Positions 9,537 to 19,761 of a stretch of DNA of 64,000 nt are shown here, piece by piece. A program made the position numbers and the translations under genes. Source of the DNA: an uncultured Pseudomonadales bacterium. GTDB lineage: Bacteria > Patescibacteriota > Microgenomatia > UBA1400 > PJMF01. The notes beneath the pieces were generated by a model that did no database searches, was not told where the DNA came from, and saw only the letters and a list, made by a program, of their open reading frames with translations. The number at the start of each line of letters is the position of its first letter. The stretch's first letter is position 1. Location: positions 244,581 through 308,580 of the forward strand of contig CAYMSV010000001.1 of NCBI GenBank assembly GCA_964393205.1. The letters run 5' to 3'.

Positions 9537-10651
9537 AGATACAGTCCCCAAAATAATAAGCTAATAAAAGCTTGAGTAATGTTGTTGTTGAAGAGACTAT
9601 GAGTTAATAGGGCTATTAGCAGAGAGATTTTAAAATGATTGTCGCTGCTAATTTGTTTTTTAGATTCTTGTGCTAGCAAAATTAAAATTAAAATTCCACC
9701 AAAAAGACCAAAACCATTGTAGAGAAAAATTAAAAAGTTATCGGCAAAGCGAGCGTGACTAATCAAGCCCTCTTTGTTTGTTTGATATTGAGGTGTAAAA
9801 GGCCCTTGCCCGACAATGACAGTTAAACCCTGGTTTTTGTTGATAAATTGTTTAGCAGTGACAATTCTTGCTTCAATGGAGCTAGTGCGTTGTAAATTAA
9901 CTCCTTCTCCACCACTCTTTTTTGGTAGAAAGGGAATGAGGGTTAGAAACAAAGTCACTGTTAGCAAGATAAACAACTTATGTGTTTTTTTACTTTTTAA
10001 CAATAAATAGCAGGAAGCTAAAATTAGACTTAAATAAGCAGCTCTAGAGTAAGTTAAAGCAATTCCAATTAAAAAAACGATGGCTAAAAAAACAGTTTTT
10101 TTATTAAGCTTTGGCTGTTTGGCGTAATAGAGCCAATTAAAAACAAAAAGCAGACCAGTAAAATTTGGATCCAACAGGGTGCCAGTGAGGCGATAGAAAT
10201 GATCATCAAAACCTAAGTGGTATAGGCTGGTTAAATCTGGCAAAAACAAGTATTGAAGAAAAGCGATTGCAAGCATAATTAGAGAAGCATTCAAAAAAAC
10301 CTGAATTATTTTTTTTTGACCAAACTCTTTTTTTAAGAATAATACAAAAAGAAAATAAGCACTCGCTCTTGCTAAATATAGCAGGCTGGTGAATGCAAAT
10401 TCTTTTTGCCAAAGCGCATAAATTGTGGCTAGAAAAATATTTAGAAAAAGAAGTAAAAATATTTTTTTATTAAAATTTTTTATTTTTTTTATATTTTTAA
10501 TAATTTTTTTAAGTTGAGTTAAATTGAAAAATAAATAAGCAATGACTAAAATATCATGCAAATAAATAGTGAGGTATTGATTAGGATTGATTCTCCCCAA
10601 CTCTCCTCCCGCAAAAAGTAATAAAAAGCTAATTAATAAAATATTTTTCAT
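9533..10651 (-). CDS. O-antigen ligase/polymerase family (Wzy_C) membrane protein
   Basis: Polytopic membrane protein with TYSRAAY and H..FL...NGFGLFGG motifs typical of Wzy_C. Confidence 0.6.
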   Translation of the reverse strand: MKNILLISFLLLFAGGELGRINPNQYLTIYLHDILVIAYLFFNLTQLKKIIKNIKKIKNFNKKIFLLLFLNIFLATIYALWQKEFAFTSLLYLARASAYFLFVLFLKKEFGQKKIIQVFLNASLIMLAIAFLQYLFLPDLTSLYHLGFDDHFYRLTGTLLDPNFTGLLFVFNWLYYAKQPKLNKKTVFLAIVFLIGIALTYSRAAYLSLILASCYLLLKSKKTHKLFILLTVTLFLTLIPFLPKKSGGEGVNLQRTSSIEARIVTAKQFINKNQGLTVIVGQGPFTPQYQTNKEGLISHARFADNFLIFLYNGFGLFGGILILILLAQESKKQISSDNHFKISLLIALLTHSLFNNNITQAFISLLFWGLYL

Positions 10652-11417
10652 AGAGATAAATTCTAACTAGTAAAGAGTGAAAACTCATCACAACAGCATA
10701 GCTTAGCCCAGCAAAACCATCCAAAAAACCCAGTTTAAATAGATAATTGACTAAGAATTTAGCAGGAGGATAGAAAAAAAGTTGCAGGCACAAAGCTAAT
10801 TTTGACTGCTTTTGCTTTTTTGATAAACGATAGATAGCTTCCAGTTGGGCATAGCGATCAATTGCTTTTAAAAACTCTTCCAGATTTTTATGGGCCAAAT
10901 GTTTAATAAGTAAATAACTCTGCTCTACTCGACCATTAATTAGAGCTATTTCATGAATGCTGCGTTGATATTTAATTCTATCACTTCTGGCTAAACGAAT
11001 TGGCTGACAGTTACCTGCCTCACCAAAACGGAGTTTTTGACCATGGAAAAAATCGAGTCTTTTAATTTTGTAAGCAGCAACCTTTTTCTTTTTAAGCAAG
11101 TTGGGCAATTGTGCTAAGTTTTTAGAACTGAGAATTTCATCGCTATCTAGAAACATTAACCAAGGGGTTTTCACCATTTTAACAGCTTTGTTGCGCAGCT
11201 CAGCGAAGTCTTTAATAGGATACTTTCTAAAGATTAGGCGTAGTTTTAATTGAGGATTAATTTTTTTTAGTTTTTTTTCTAACTTTGGCCAATCATTATT
11301 AATATCTTGTTCAAAGACAATTAATTCTTGAGCAATAGCTGCACTCAATAGCGCTTCATGAAAAATTTGATCGTGGCGATCATTGAGAATGACAATGCTT
11401 AAACCTTTAATTAACAT
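10629..11417 (-). CDS. Glycosyltransferase family 2
   Basis: GT2 fold with a DXD motif (LDSDE). Confidence 0.7.
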   Translation of the reverse strand: MLIKGLSIVILNDRHDQIFHEALLSAAIAQELIVFEQDINNDWPKLEKKLKKINPQLKLRLIFRKYPIKDFAELRNKAVKMVKTPWLMFLDSDEILSSKNLAQLPNLLKKKKVAAYKIKRLDFFHGQKLRFGEAGNCQPIRLARSDRIKYQRSIHEIALINGRVEQSYLLIKHLAHKNLEEFLKAIDRYAQLEAIYRLSKKQKQSKLALCLQLFFYPPAKFLVNYLFKLGFLDGFAGLSYAVVMSFHSLLVRIYLYEKYFIN

Positions 11418-12635
11418 TTAGTTCTTTTTAATAGTCAGTAAGCTAATAGGTAGACTGATTAATCTAGCCAGCAGAATGCCTAAACAGGCGCCAAACAAAC
11501 CATAAATAGGAGTTAAGAGAAGAATGCCCAGCACCATCAAAATTAAAGAAATAAAGAGATGGAGATTCATTGGTAGATATTTTTTTTGACTAATTAATAA
11601 AGCATAAACGATATTAGATAAACTATGGATCAAACCAGCTAATACCAAAACTGGGATAATTTGAACAGCTTCTAGCCATTGGTCTCCCAGTATGAGATTA
11701 ACAAAAAATTCTGGCCAAATTAGCAGTGGTAAACTAAAGGTAAAACTTAGCAACAGCGTTGTTAAAATTGATTTTTTAAAAGCCCTACCAAGCCTTGTTT
11801 CTTGTTTTTCTTTGTGTAACTTAGCAAAAACTGGCATTAGACCATGATGAGCTGATTTTGAAAGTTCATAATTAACTTTATGGCTCAATGAATAGGAATT
11901 ATGATAAATACCTAGCTGGTGAGCGCCGAGTAATTTACCTATGACAAAGTCATCGGCATTATCATTAAGATAGGAAAAGAAACTGGCCAACATTAGGGAC
12001 TTGGCGTTATAAAAAATGTATTTAGCACGTTTTGAGTGATAATGAAATTTGGGTTTTTCTTGATTCATGATAAAGGAAATTAAAACTTCAAAAAAAGCGG
12101 CAAAAATGACCCCCAGTACCAGCGCCCAAACAGATCGTAAAAAATAAGCGAGTACAATTTGAACTAAAACTTCTGCGCCTAAATGCAGAGCATGATAAAA
12201 ACCTTCTCGACCAAAACGAAAAGTTTTTTGCCATTTGGCAATGGCTGGGTTTATAAAACCTTTAATAATTGGAATGAGAGCAGCGAGGGTAATTAGAGGG
12301 AGCAAAATCTCTTCTTGGTAAAAATCTTTCATCACAAAGCCCAATAAGAGCATAATTAAAGCAATGAAAAAACCACGAACTATGGCAATCACCCAAGCAG
12401 TGTCTAGAAAATAATCAATGCTTTTTTTAGATTGAACAATAGTGATATTAATACCGGTTTGAGTGAAGCTTTCGGTCAGACCAATAGCAATCATCACTAG
12501 AGAAAAAAGACCAAAATCATTAGGTTGAAGTAATCTGGCTAAAATAATAATTTTGCCAAAATTTAGTGCAAAAACAAAGACTTTTTGCAAGCTTTGTACA
12601 GAAAAACCAGCAACAGCATGGTGTTTATAGCCCAT
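11418..12635 (-). CDS. Oligosaccharide flippase (Wzx/MOP superfamily)
   Basis: 405 aa, 10-12 TM helices, polysaccharide-biosynthesis-protein-like. Confidence 0.65.
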   Translation of the reverse strand: MGYKHHAVAGFSVQSLQKVFVFALNFGKIIILARLLQPNDFGLFSLVMIAIGLTESFTQTGINITIVQSKKSIDYFLDTAWVIAIVRGFFIALIMLLLGFVMKDFYQEEILLPLITLAALIPIIKGFINPAIAKWQKTFRFGREGFYHALHLGAEVLVQIVLAYFLRSVWALVLGVIFAAFFEVLISFIMNQEKPKFHYHSKRAKYIFYNAKSLMLASFFSYLNDNADDFVIGKLLGAHQLGIYHNSYSLSHKVNYELSKSAHHGLMPVFAKLHKEKQETRLGRAFKKSILTTLLLSFTFSLPLLIWPEFFVNLILGDQWLEAVQIIPVLVLAGLIHSLSNIVYALLISQKKYLPMNLHLFISLILMVLGILLLTPIYGLFGACLGILLARLISLPISLLTIKKN

Positions 12636-12701
12636 GATCTAATTATAAAGTAATCTTTGCTGCTTGCCAGCTAGTAACTATCGGCGTTAGAATAAAAAGT
12701 T

Positions 12702-13289
12702 ATGGCAAAAGTTTTACATAAAATTGGCAGCGGATTTCTAGATTTAATAGAAACGATAGCTATCTCTTTATCAATTTTTTTGGTAGTTTATTTATTTTTG
12801 ATGCAACCTCATCAGGTTAATGGTCAATCAATGGTACCTAACTTCCAAAATGGTGAACACGTGATGACAGATAAGATTACTTATAAAATGCGAGATCCAC
12901 TACGGGGTGAAATAGTGGTTTTTCATGCACCACCAGCAGCAGGTTGTGCTGAAGGAACTGGCTGTGATTTTATTAAAAGAATTATTGCTATACCTGGAGA
13001 CACTATTGCTGTTAAAGATAACGCTGTGTGGGTTAATGGAGAAAAATTACCAGAACCCTATATTCCTGCAGATTATGAAATCTTGGCTGGCAGGGCAACA
13101 CTCAATCAAGAAATCTATTTAGGGTCAAACGAATATTTTGTAGTTGGAGATAATCGACCTCACTCAAGTGATTCTCGATCTTGGGGAGCAATCACAAAAG
13201 ACGATATTGTTGGACGAGTGTTTTTGCGCTATTGGCCACCCAAAGAGATTTCTCTAATTCAAAAAGCTGACTATCCAATGAATTTTTAA
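12702..13289 (+). CDS. lepB: Signal peptidase I
   Basis: N-terminal TM helix; catalytic motifs GQSMVPNF and GDNRPHSSDSRSWG. Confidence 0.85.
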   Translation: MAKVLHKIGSGFLDLIETIAISLSIFLVVYLFLMQPHQVNGQSMVPNFQNGEHVMTDKITYKMRDPLRGEIVVFHAPPAAGCAEGTGCDFIKRIIAIPGDTIAVKDNAVWVNGEKLPEPYIPADYEILAGRATLNQEIYLGSNEYFVVGDNRPHSSDSRSWGAITKDDIVGRVFLRYWPPKEISLIQKADYPMNF

Positions 13290-13380
13290 TTAATCAGTGT
13301 TTTTACTTCTTCCTTATTTTTAAATGATTTTGTATATTGAACTTGAGTAATTGCTAGTAAAGCAAGTACAATAGGCGCTA

Positions 13381-14367
13381 ATGACAAAAAACCAAACATT
13401 GTTGAAAGAACAATTTCCCGCAGTGGACTGGTCTTTTGATTTAATCCTAGCTAACAAAACCTATTTTAGATTGGGTGGTTGCGCAGAGATTTTTTATAAA
13501 GTGAAAGAAATTGACTTATTAAAAAAAATCTTAGTCTTTTGTGACGAGCAATCAATTCCTTGGATTGTGGTTGGTGGTTTAAGTAACGTGGTGGTTGCCG
13601 ATTCTGGAATTAAGGGCTTGGTTCTGCAAATGGCTTGTGATACTTTCTCTTTAATTCAAGAAGATGATCAAGGAGTAACTTTTCAGGCTGAGGCCGGTAT
13701 TAAGACCAATCAATTGGTAATGAAAGCTGCCAAGCTGAGCGGTACGGGTTTAGAAGGTTTTATCGGGGTGCCAGGCACTTTGGGCGGAGCTATTTATAAC
13801 AATGCTCATTATTTAGATTTTTTAATTGGAGATTATATTAAAGAAGTCACTGTTTTTCATGTGAAAAACAATAAAGAAATAATACTTTCACATGAAAATT
13901 GTAAATTTGCTTATGAACATTCGATTTTTCAAGAAGATAGTCAATTAGTTATTTTGTCTGCTGAATTTTCCTTGAACAAAGATGATTCAAACAAAATTGA
14001 GGAAAAAATCAAGGAGGCACAGATTAGGCGGTTAAATACTCAGCCCCTCAATTATCCCAGTTCTGGTTGTATTTTTCGCAATCCCCATAACACAGAATAT
14101 TTAAAAAAAATATTTCCTCAATTTGCCAATCAAGAATTTATACCGGCTGGTTTTTTAATTGATCAAGCAGGCTTAAAAGAACAAAAACGAGGAGCAATTG
14201 TGGTTAGTGACAAACATGCTGCTTTTTTAGTTAATATGACTGAACAGTTAAAAGTGGCCGCTAAGACCAGCGATTTAAAAAAACTAATTGCCTTAATTCG
14301 CTCAACAGTTAAAGAAAAATTTCAAGTAGAATTAGAAGAAGAGGTTTTTTATTTAGGTAAAGATTAA
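13381..14367 (+). CDS. murB: UDP-N-acetylenolpyruvoylglucosamine reductase
   Basis: MurB-like FAD-binding domain and C-terminal domain; sits in the dcw gene context. Confidence 0.8.
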   Translation: MTKNQTLLKEQFPAVDWSFDLILANKTYFRLGGCAEIFYKVKEIDLLKKILVFCDEQSIPWIVVGGLSNVVVADSGIKGLVLQMACDTFSLIQEDDQGVTFQAEAGIKTNQLVMKAAKLSGTGLEGFIGVPGTLGGAIYNNAHYLDFLIGDYIKEVTVFHVKNNKEIILSHENCKFAYEHSIFQEDSQLVILSAEFSLNKDDSNKIEEKIKEAQIRRLNTQPLNYPSSGCIFRNPHNTEYLKKIFPQFANQEFIPAGFLIDQAGLKEQKRGAIVVSDKHAAFLVNMTEQLKVAAKTSDLKKLIALIRSTVKEKFQVELEEEVFYLGKD

Positions 14368-14380
14368 TAGAAAGTTTATT

Positions 14381-15730
14381 ATGAGTGACAAATCCAAATC
14401 TGCTTTCATTATCAAGGGCAACACTCCTCTACATGGTAGTGTTAGAGTAGGTGGCGCTAAAAATGCTTCTTATAAACTCATGATTGCTTCGTTGTTAGCG
14501 AGTAGCGAGTGTCGTTTGTTAAATTTACCCAATATTGCAGATGTAGAAATGGTAAAAAAAATTATCAATGAATTGGGAGCCAGAGCTTATGATGCTGGAG
14601 AACACACCTTATTTATTGATCCTCAAAACTTTCGTTTTAGTCGGGTGGATGGTCAATATGGTAAGCGATCTAGAGCTTCGTCTTTATTTTTGCCAGTATT
14701 ATTAGCTAAGTTTGGTGAGGCTGCTGTTCCCCTACCCGGTGGTGATCAAATTGGTAAACGTCCTTTGGATAGGCACATGCAAGGTTTAGAAAAAATGGGA
14801 GTGAAGTTTTCACAAGATGGTGAAATGTTAGTAGCAAGAATTAATACTAATGGTCCGAAAAAGAGATTAAAAGCTTGTCACTATAAGTTTGAAAAAAACA
14901 CTCACACTGGTACTGAAACTTTGATTATGGCAGCAGCATTGGCTGAGGGAAAAACAGTTTTAGAAAATGCGGCGCTGGAACCTGAAATTGATGATTTGAT
15001 AACTTTTCTAAATGCTATGGGAGCCAAAATTCGTCGTCGCTCTTTTCGTAAAATTGAGATTGAAGGAGTGGAGCGTTTAAATGGAGCCATTCATCGAGTA
15101 ATGCCCGATCGAAATGAGGCGGTGAGCTATGCTTGCGCAGCTATTATTACTAGAGGTGATATTGTTGTTGAAAATGCTCAGCATCAAGATTTAACTGCTT
15201 TTTTGGAAAAATTAGATGAAGTCGGAGCTGGTTATGAAATAGGTACTTACGGAATTCGTTTTTATTATAAGGGTGCACTGCGAGCCACAGATATTGAAAC
15301 AGAGATTCATCCAGGCTTTATGACTGATTGGCAACCCCTCTTTGCCACTTTGCTCTGTCGCAGTCATGGTGAAAGCATTATCCATGAAACTGTTATGCAG
15401 AGTCGTTTTCAATATGTGGAACATCTTAGAGAGATGGGCGCTAAAATTGAATACTTTAATCCTGAAGTGAAGCACCCAGAAAAAACTTATAATTTTAATT
15501 GGGCAGATAATCGAGCAGAAGATTACCACGCTATTAAAATTTTTGGTCCCTGTGATTTTAAGGCTGGGAAATTTGAGGTTCATGATTTAAGAGCTGGAGC
15601 AACTATCATGTTGGCAGCCATTGCAGCCAAAGGTGAAACTGTATTGACTAATATTGAGCAAATTGAGCGTGGTTATCAATCTATTGAACAAAAACTCATT
15701 TCTATGGGTGCCGTAATCGAAAGGAAATAA
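14381..15730 (+). CDS. murA: UDP-N-acetylglucosamine 1-carboxyvinyltransferase
   Basis: FIIKGNTPLHGSVRVGGAKNA... EPSP-synthase-fold MurA, 449 aa. Confidence 0.9.
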   Translation: MSDKSKSAFIIKGNTPLHGSVRVGGAKNASYKLMIASLLASSECRLLNLPNIADVEMVKKIINELGARAYDAGEHTLFIDPQNFRFSRVDGQYGKRSRASSLFLPVLLAKFGEAAVPLPGGDQIGKRPLDRHMQGLEKMGVKFSQDGEMLVARINTNGPKKRLKACHYKFEKNTHTGTETLIMAAALAEGKTVLENAALEPEIDDLITFLNAMGAKIRRRSFRKIEIEGVERLNGAIHRVMPDRNEAVSYACAAIITRGDIVVENAQHQDLTAFLEKLDEVGAGYEIGTYGIRFYYKGALRATDIETEIHPGFMTDWQPLFATLLCRSHGESIIHETVMQSRFQYVEHLREMGAKIEYFNPEVKHPEKTYNFNWADNRAEDYHAIKIFGPCDFKAGKFEVHDLRAGATIMLAAIAAKGETVLTNIEQIERGYQSIEQKLISMGAVIERK

Positions 15731-15731
15731 A

Positions 15732-16775
15732 ATGGGATCAATTGTTTTGTTTTTAGGAATTTTACTGTTTTCTTTTATTTTAACTAGCATGGCAGTTGTG
15801 CCCTTTATTAACTTGCTTTACAAATTAAAATTTCGTCGAGCCAAACAAGAAACCAAGGATGCTTTTGGTAAGAGAACACCTATTTTCGATAAGTTTCACG
15901 GCAAAAAGGCCGGTGTGCCAGTGGGTGGAGGTTTATTGATTGTTTTATTAGTTTCAATTTTATTTGCCCTTATGATTCCTTTGCTGAATTATTTTGGGAT
16001 AGAGATTACTTCTATTCACCAAAATAACCAAGTGGAGATCAATGTTTTATTTTTTACTTTTTTATCTTTTGCTATTTTGGGTCTATATGATGATTTAAAA
16101 AAACTTTTCTCTTTTGAAAAGAGTAAGTTTTTTGGCTTGAGGTTGAGACAAAAATTAATTTTACAATTAATTTTGGCTTCGATTATTTCTTTAATGCTCT
16201 ATTATCAGTTGGGAATTTCTATTTTGCATGTTCCTTTTGTTGGTACTTTTGAATTAGGTTGGGCATATATTCCTTTTGCTAGTTTTGTCATTATCGCTTT
16301 TACCAATGCCGTTAATATTACTGACGGTTTAGATGGTTTAGCGTCTGGTTTATTAATGATCGGTTTGTTTGGTTTGTGGATTTTGTCTTCTAGTATTTTA
16401 GATATACCACTTTCGATATTCATTGCTTTATGGCTAGGTTCCTTAATCTCTATGCTTTACTTCAATGTTTTTCCAGCTCGTTTATTTATGGGAGATGTAG
16501 GTTCCCTAGCTTTTGGAGCAACTCTAGCTGTTATTGGATTATTGTTGGGCAAGGTTTTTACTCTACTCATCATTGGTTTTATTTTCGTTTTAGAGATCAG
16601 TAGTTCTTTGTTACAGCTATTGTCTAAAAAATATTTGAAGCGAAAAATTTTGCCAGCAGCACCTCTACACCTTACCCTGCAAGAGCGTGGTTGGGATGAA
16701 CCAAAAATTGTTCAACGAGCTTGGTTAATACAAATTATGCTAACTCTTTTTGGTCTGTGGTTGGCTTTTATTTAA
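15732..16775 (+). CDS. mraY: Phospho-N-acetylmuramoyl-pentapeptide transferase
   Basis: NAVNITDGLDGLASG motif, polytopic membrane protein. Confidence 0.9.
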   Translation: MGSIVLFLGILLFSFILTSMAVVPFINLLYKLKFRRAKQETKDAFGKRTPIFDKFHGKKAGVPVGGGLLIVLLVSILFALMIPLLNYFGIEITSIHQNNQVEINVLFFTFLSFAILGLYDDLKKLFSFEKSKFFGLRLRQKLILQLILASIISLMLYYQLGISILHVPFVGTFELGWAYIPFASFVIIAFTNAVNITDGLDGLASGLLMIGLFGLWILSSSILDIPLSIFIALWLGSLISMLYFNVFPARLFMGDVGSLAFGATLAVIGLLLGKVFTLLIIGFIFVLEISSSLLQLLSKKYLKRKILPAAPLHLTLQERGWDEPKIVQRAWLIQIMLTLFGLWLAFI

Positions 16776-16778
16776 ACA

Positions 16779-17855
16779 ATGTCAAAAGCAAATTGGAGTT
16801 TTTTAGTACTAGTTTTAGTTTTGTCTTTAACTGGCTTGTTTTTTTTATTTGAAGCCTCAACTGTTCAGAGTGTTAGATTATTTAACCATCCCTATCACTT
16901 CGTCACTCAGCAGGCCAAGTGGTTAGTTTTATCAATAATTTTAGCCAGTATCACCTATTTTCTTAATTTGAGAATTTTTCAAAAGTTGGCTACAGTCTTT
17001 TATTTTCTTGCCTTAGTATTATTACTTCTGCCATTGGTGCCAGGACTAGGTTTAACTCTAAATGGAGCGAGTCGTTGGATTAGTATTCTTGGCTATACTT
17101 TTCAACCAGTAGAAATCTTTAAATTCTTCTTTATCAGTTTTTACGCTAATTTATTGGCAAAAAAAACTAATTTTTTAAGTTTTGTCTTCTTTTTGATTTG
17201 GCCAGCTTTAATTTTACTATTGCAGCCTGACTTTGGTTCACTCTTGGTTTTGGTTTTTAGCGCCATGGTTATGTATTTTTTAGCTGGAGTAGATTTAAAA
17301 ACTTATGCGCTTGTTGTTTTTGGATTTTTTACTTTTGCTTTAATTGCTATTTTATTAATACCCTATCGACGAGAGCGCTTATTGAGTTTTTTCCGCAGCG
17401 ATGTAGATGTGCAGGCTGAGGCTTATCACACCCATCAAGTTTTATTGGCGCTAGGCAGTGGTTCTTGGTTTGGTCGAGGTATTGGTAATTCTCAGCAAAA
17501 GTATGCCTATGTACCAGAAGCTAGTAGTGATTCAATTTTCGCTATAATTGCCGAAGAGGTTGGATTTATTGGATCTTTTATTATTATGTTAATGTTTGCT
17601 GCCTATTTCTTTTTTGCCGAACGAATGATTGAAGTCAAAAAGCTTAATAAATATCAATATTTATTATTTTATGGAATTTTATCTTGGATAGCTGCTCAAC
17701 TACTATTTAATTTGGGAGCGGTGGTAGCACTGTTACCGCTTAGCGGCATGCCTTTGCCCTTTTTCTCTCAAGGAGGTTCTGCGCTCTTGAGTGTCTTTTT
17801 TGTCAGCGCTATATTGCTAAATATTAGTAAAAGTACTAGCAAAATGCTAAGATAA
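16779..17855 (+). CDS. ftsW: SEDS peptidoglycan glycosyltransferase FtsW
   Basis: SEDS-family sequence, positioned between mraY and murG. Confidence 0.75.
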   Translation: MSKANWSFLVLVLVLSLTGLFFLFEASTVQSVRLFNHPYHFVTQQAKWLVLSIILASITYFLNLRIFQKLATVFYFLALVLLLLPLVPGLGLTLNGASRWISILGYTFQPVEIFKFFFISFYANLLAKKTNFLSFVFFLIWPALILLLQPDFGSLLVLVFSAMVMYFLAGVDLKTYALVVFGFFTFALIAILLIPYRRERLLSFFRSDVDVQAEAYHTHQVLLALGSGSWFGRGIGNSQQKYAYVPEASSDSIFAIIAEEVGFIGSFIIMLMFAAYFFFAERMIEVKKLNKYQYLLFYGILSWIAAQLLFNLGAVVALLPLSGMPLPFFSQGGSALLSVFFVSAILLNISKSTSKMLR

Positions 17856-17859
17856 ATTT

Positions 17860-18978
17860 ATGAAAATTTTGATGACTGGAGCCCATTTAACTCCAGCTCT
17901 GGCCATGATTGATTATATTCAAGCTAAACACGCAGCTGATGAAATAGTTTTTGTGGGTCGTTTATTTAGTCAAGAAAAACTTAAGCAAAAAGCAGTTGAG
18001 GCCAGTGAAATTAAAAAACGAGGGATTAAGTTTGTTCCTTTTGAAGCAGTTAAATTTGTTAATCGATCAGTCTTTGATTTCTTTTTATCTCTGTTTATGT
18101 TCCCCAAAACCGTTAAGAGAGCTAAAAATATTTTGCGAACAGAGAAAGTAGAAATTTTACTTTCTTTTGGTTCTTATCTAGCAGTACCTTTTGTTTTGGC
18201 AGCCAAAAGTTTAAAAATCCCTGTGGTTACTCACGAGCAAACCATTGCTATGGGTAAAGCCAATCAATTTATTGCCAATTTAGCAGATAAAGTAGCGATA
18301 TCTTTTCCCGAGACCAAGCAATATTTAAAAAAAGATAATTATTTTTTAACTGGTAATCCAGTTAGGCAGTCGCTATTTCAAAAGGATCTTAAAAAACCCA
18401 GTTATCTTTCAGCTTCTAATAAAAAAATTATTTTAATAATGGGTGGCAATCAGGGCTCTTTTGTTATCAATAATTTATTAAAATCGGTGATAAAGGAATT
18501 ATTAGAAGATTTTACTGTAATTCATCAATGTGGTCGAGCTAATAAGCTCAAAAACTACCCAGCAGAATTAGCTAAAATGAAATCTACCCTTCCAGCTAAT
18601 TTACAGAAAAAATATTTTATTCGTCAGTGGATGGAAGAAGAAGAACTGTTTTGGCTTTACCAGAAAGCTGATTTTGCTATTACTAGAGCTGGAGCCAATA
18701 CCGTTTTAGAAATGTGCTTGGTACCTTTGCCAGCAATCTTAATACCCTTACCCAACACCTACAATGATGAACAAACGCTTAATGCTCAAATGATGGAAAA
18801 AGCAGGTGGAGCGATTACTATTCATCAAAACAACTTGAGTCCAAAAAAATTATTAAGCGCTGTTGAATTAATGAAAAAAGAACATCAACAAATGCGTCGA
18901 AAGCTTGCTCAGGGTCAATTTTATCAACAAGCAGAACCAAAAATTTATCAACTATTAGTCGATGCCCATCAAAAATAA
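17860..18978 (+). CDS. murG: Lipid II synthase MurG (GT28), divergent N-terminal G-loop
   Basis: C-terminal ITRAGANTVLE...NDEQTLNA matches MurG. The N-terminus reads MTGAHLTPALAM where GGTGGH is expected. Confidence 0.75.
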   Translation: MKILMTGAHLTPALAMIDYIQAKHAADEIVFVGRLFSQEKLKQKAVEASEIKKRGIKFVPFEAVKFVNRSVFDFFLSLFMFPKTVKRAKNILRTEKVEILLSFGSYLAVPFVLAAKSLKIPVVTHEQTIAMGKANQFIANLADKVAISFPETKQYLKKDNYFLTGNPVRQSLFQKDLKKPSYLSASNKKIILIMGGNQGSFVINNLLKSVIKELLEDFTVIHQCGRANKLKNYPAELAKMKSTLPANLQKKYFIRQWMEEEELFWLYQKADFAITRAGANTVLEMCLVPLPAILIPLPNTYNDEQTLNAQMMEKAGGAITIHQNNLSPKKLLSAVELMKKEHQQMRRKLAQGQFYQQAEPKIYQLLVDAHQK

Positions 18979-19714
18979 GAATCTTTTTAATTATTTGTAC
19001 TTTTTTTTAGTTATATTAATAACTTCTCTGTTGTTGGTGCTAGGACTCAGGGTTGGAAAAATTACTTGTCATCATCCAAACTCTAACAATCAAGAGTTGA
19101 CGGCAGTTTGTCAGGAACTAGAGACAGCTTTTCTTGGAAAATCTCTTTTGTTTTATGATTTTGAAGGAGCTTCTATCTGGCAAGAGTTAACACAAAAAGC
19201 CGAGTATCAGGAAATATATCGGCCAGTTTCTTTAAGAAAAACGCCACCTCAAGCACTAGCTCTAAATTTAGATAGTAAAACGCCGGATTATCGCCTCATA
19301 ATAGTTGATGAAAACAGGGAACAGAAAAGTTTTATCTTGAATCAAAATAATCATTTGAAAGAAGACTACCATCAGGCTCAGATTTTTGAAATTTTTTATC
19401 AAGGGGAAGAGCAAATATTAGAAAGAAACGATCGTTATTTGCAACTAACTTTTCATCAGTTTTTTTTAAGTCTGCAAGAAAACATTGATAAATATCAAAT
19501 TCCAGCCAAAAGATTAATTTGGCAAAAAGACAATTTATTGGAATTAGACTTAGGCAAATCTTGGTTGGTAATTTTGGATAAGGAGATTGATCCAGAAGAG
19601 ACAATGCAAAAATTATCCGTAATTTTACTTGATGAGGAGGCTTTATTAGACATTCAGGGTCGGAGCTTTTTGGATATGCGCTTTCGTTTGCCAGTGATTA
19701 GAGATCAGCTTTAA
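18962..19714 (+). CDS. FtsQ/DivIB-like bitopic cell-division protein (by position and topology)
   Basis: 250 aa with one N-terminal TM helix, located between murG and ftsA. Confidence 0.5.
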   Translation: MPIKNKNLFNYLYFFLVILITSLLLVLGLRVGKITCHHPNSNNQELTAVCQELETAFLGKSLLFYDFEGASIWQELTQKAEYQEIYRPVSLRKTPPQALALNLDSKTPDYRLIIVDENREQKSFILNQNNHLKEDYHQAQIFEIFYQGEEQILERNDRYLQLTFHQFFLSLQENIDKYQIPAKRLIWQKDNLLELDLGKSWLVILDKEIDPEETMQKLSVILLDEEALLDIQGRSFLDMRFRLPVIRDQL

Positions 19715-19761
19715 CTGCTTTTTGTTCTCGACAGTAATTGTTAAATTCTGTATGATAAAGA

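Noticed and set aside
10440-10520. Low-complexity A/T run that looked like a possible repeat or intergenic element
   Set aside because: It is in frame within the Wzy_C-like gene and encodes a lysine-rich cytoplasmic loop (KKIIKNIKKIKNFNKK); there is no repeat unit structure.
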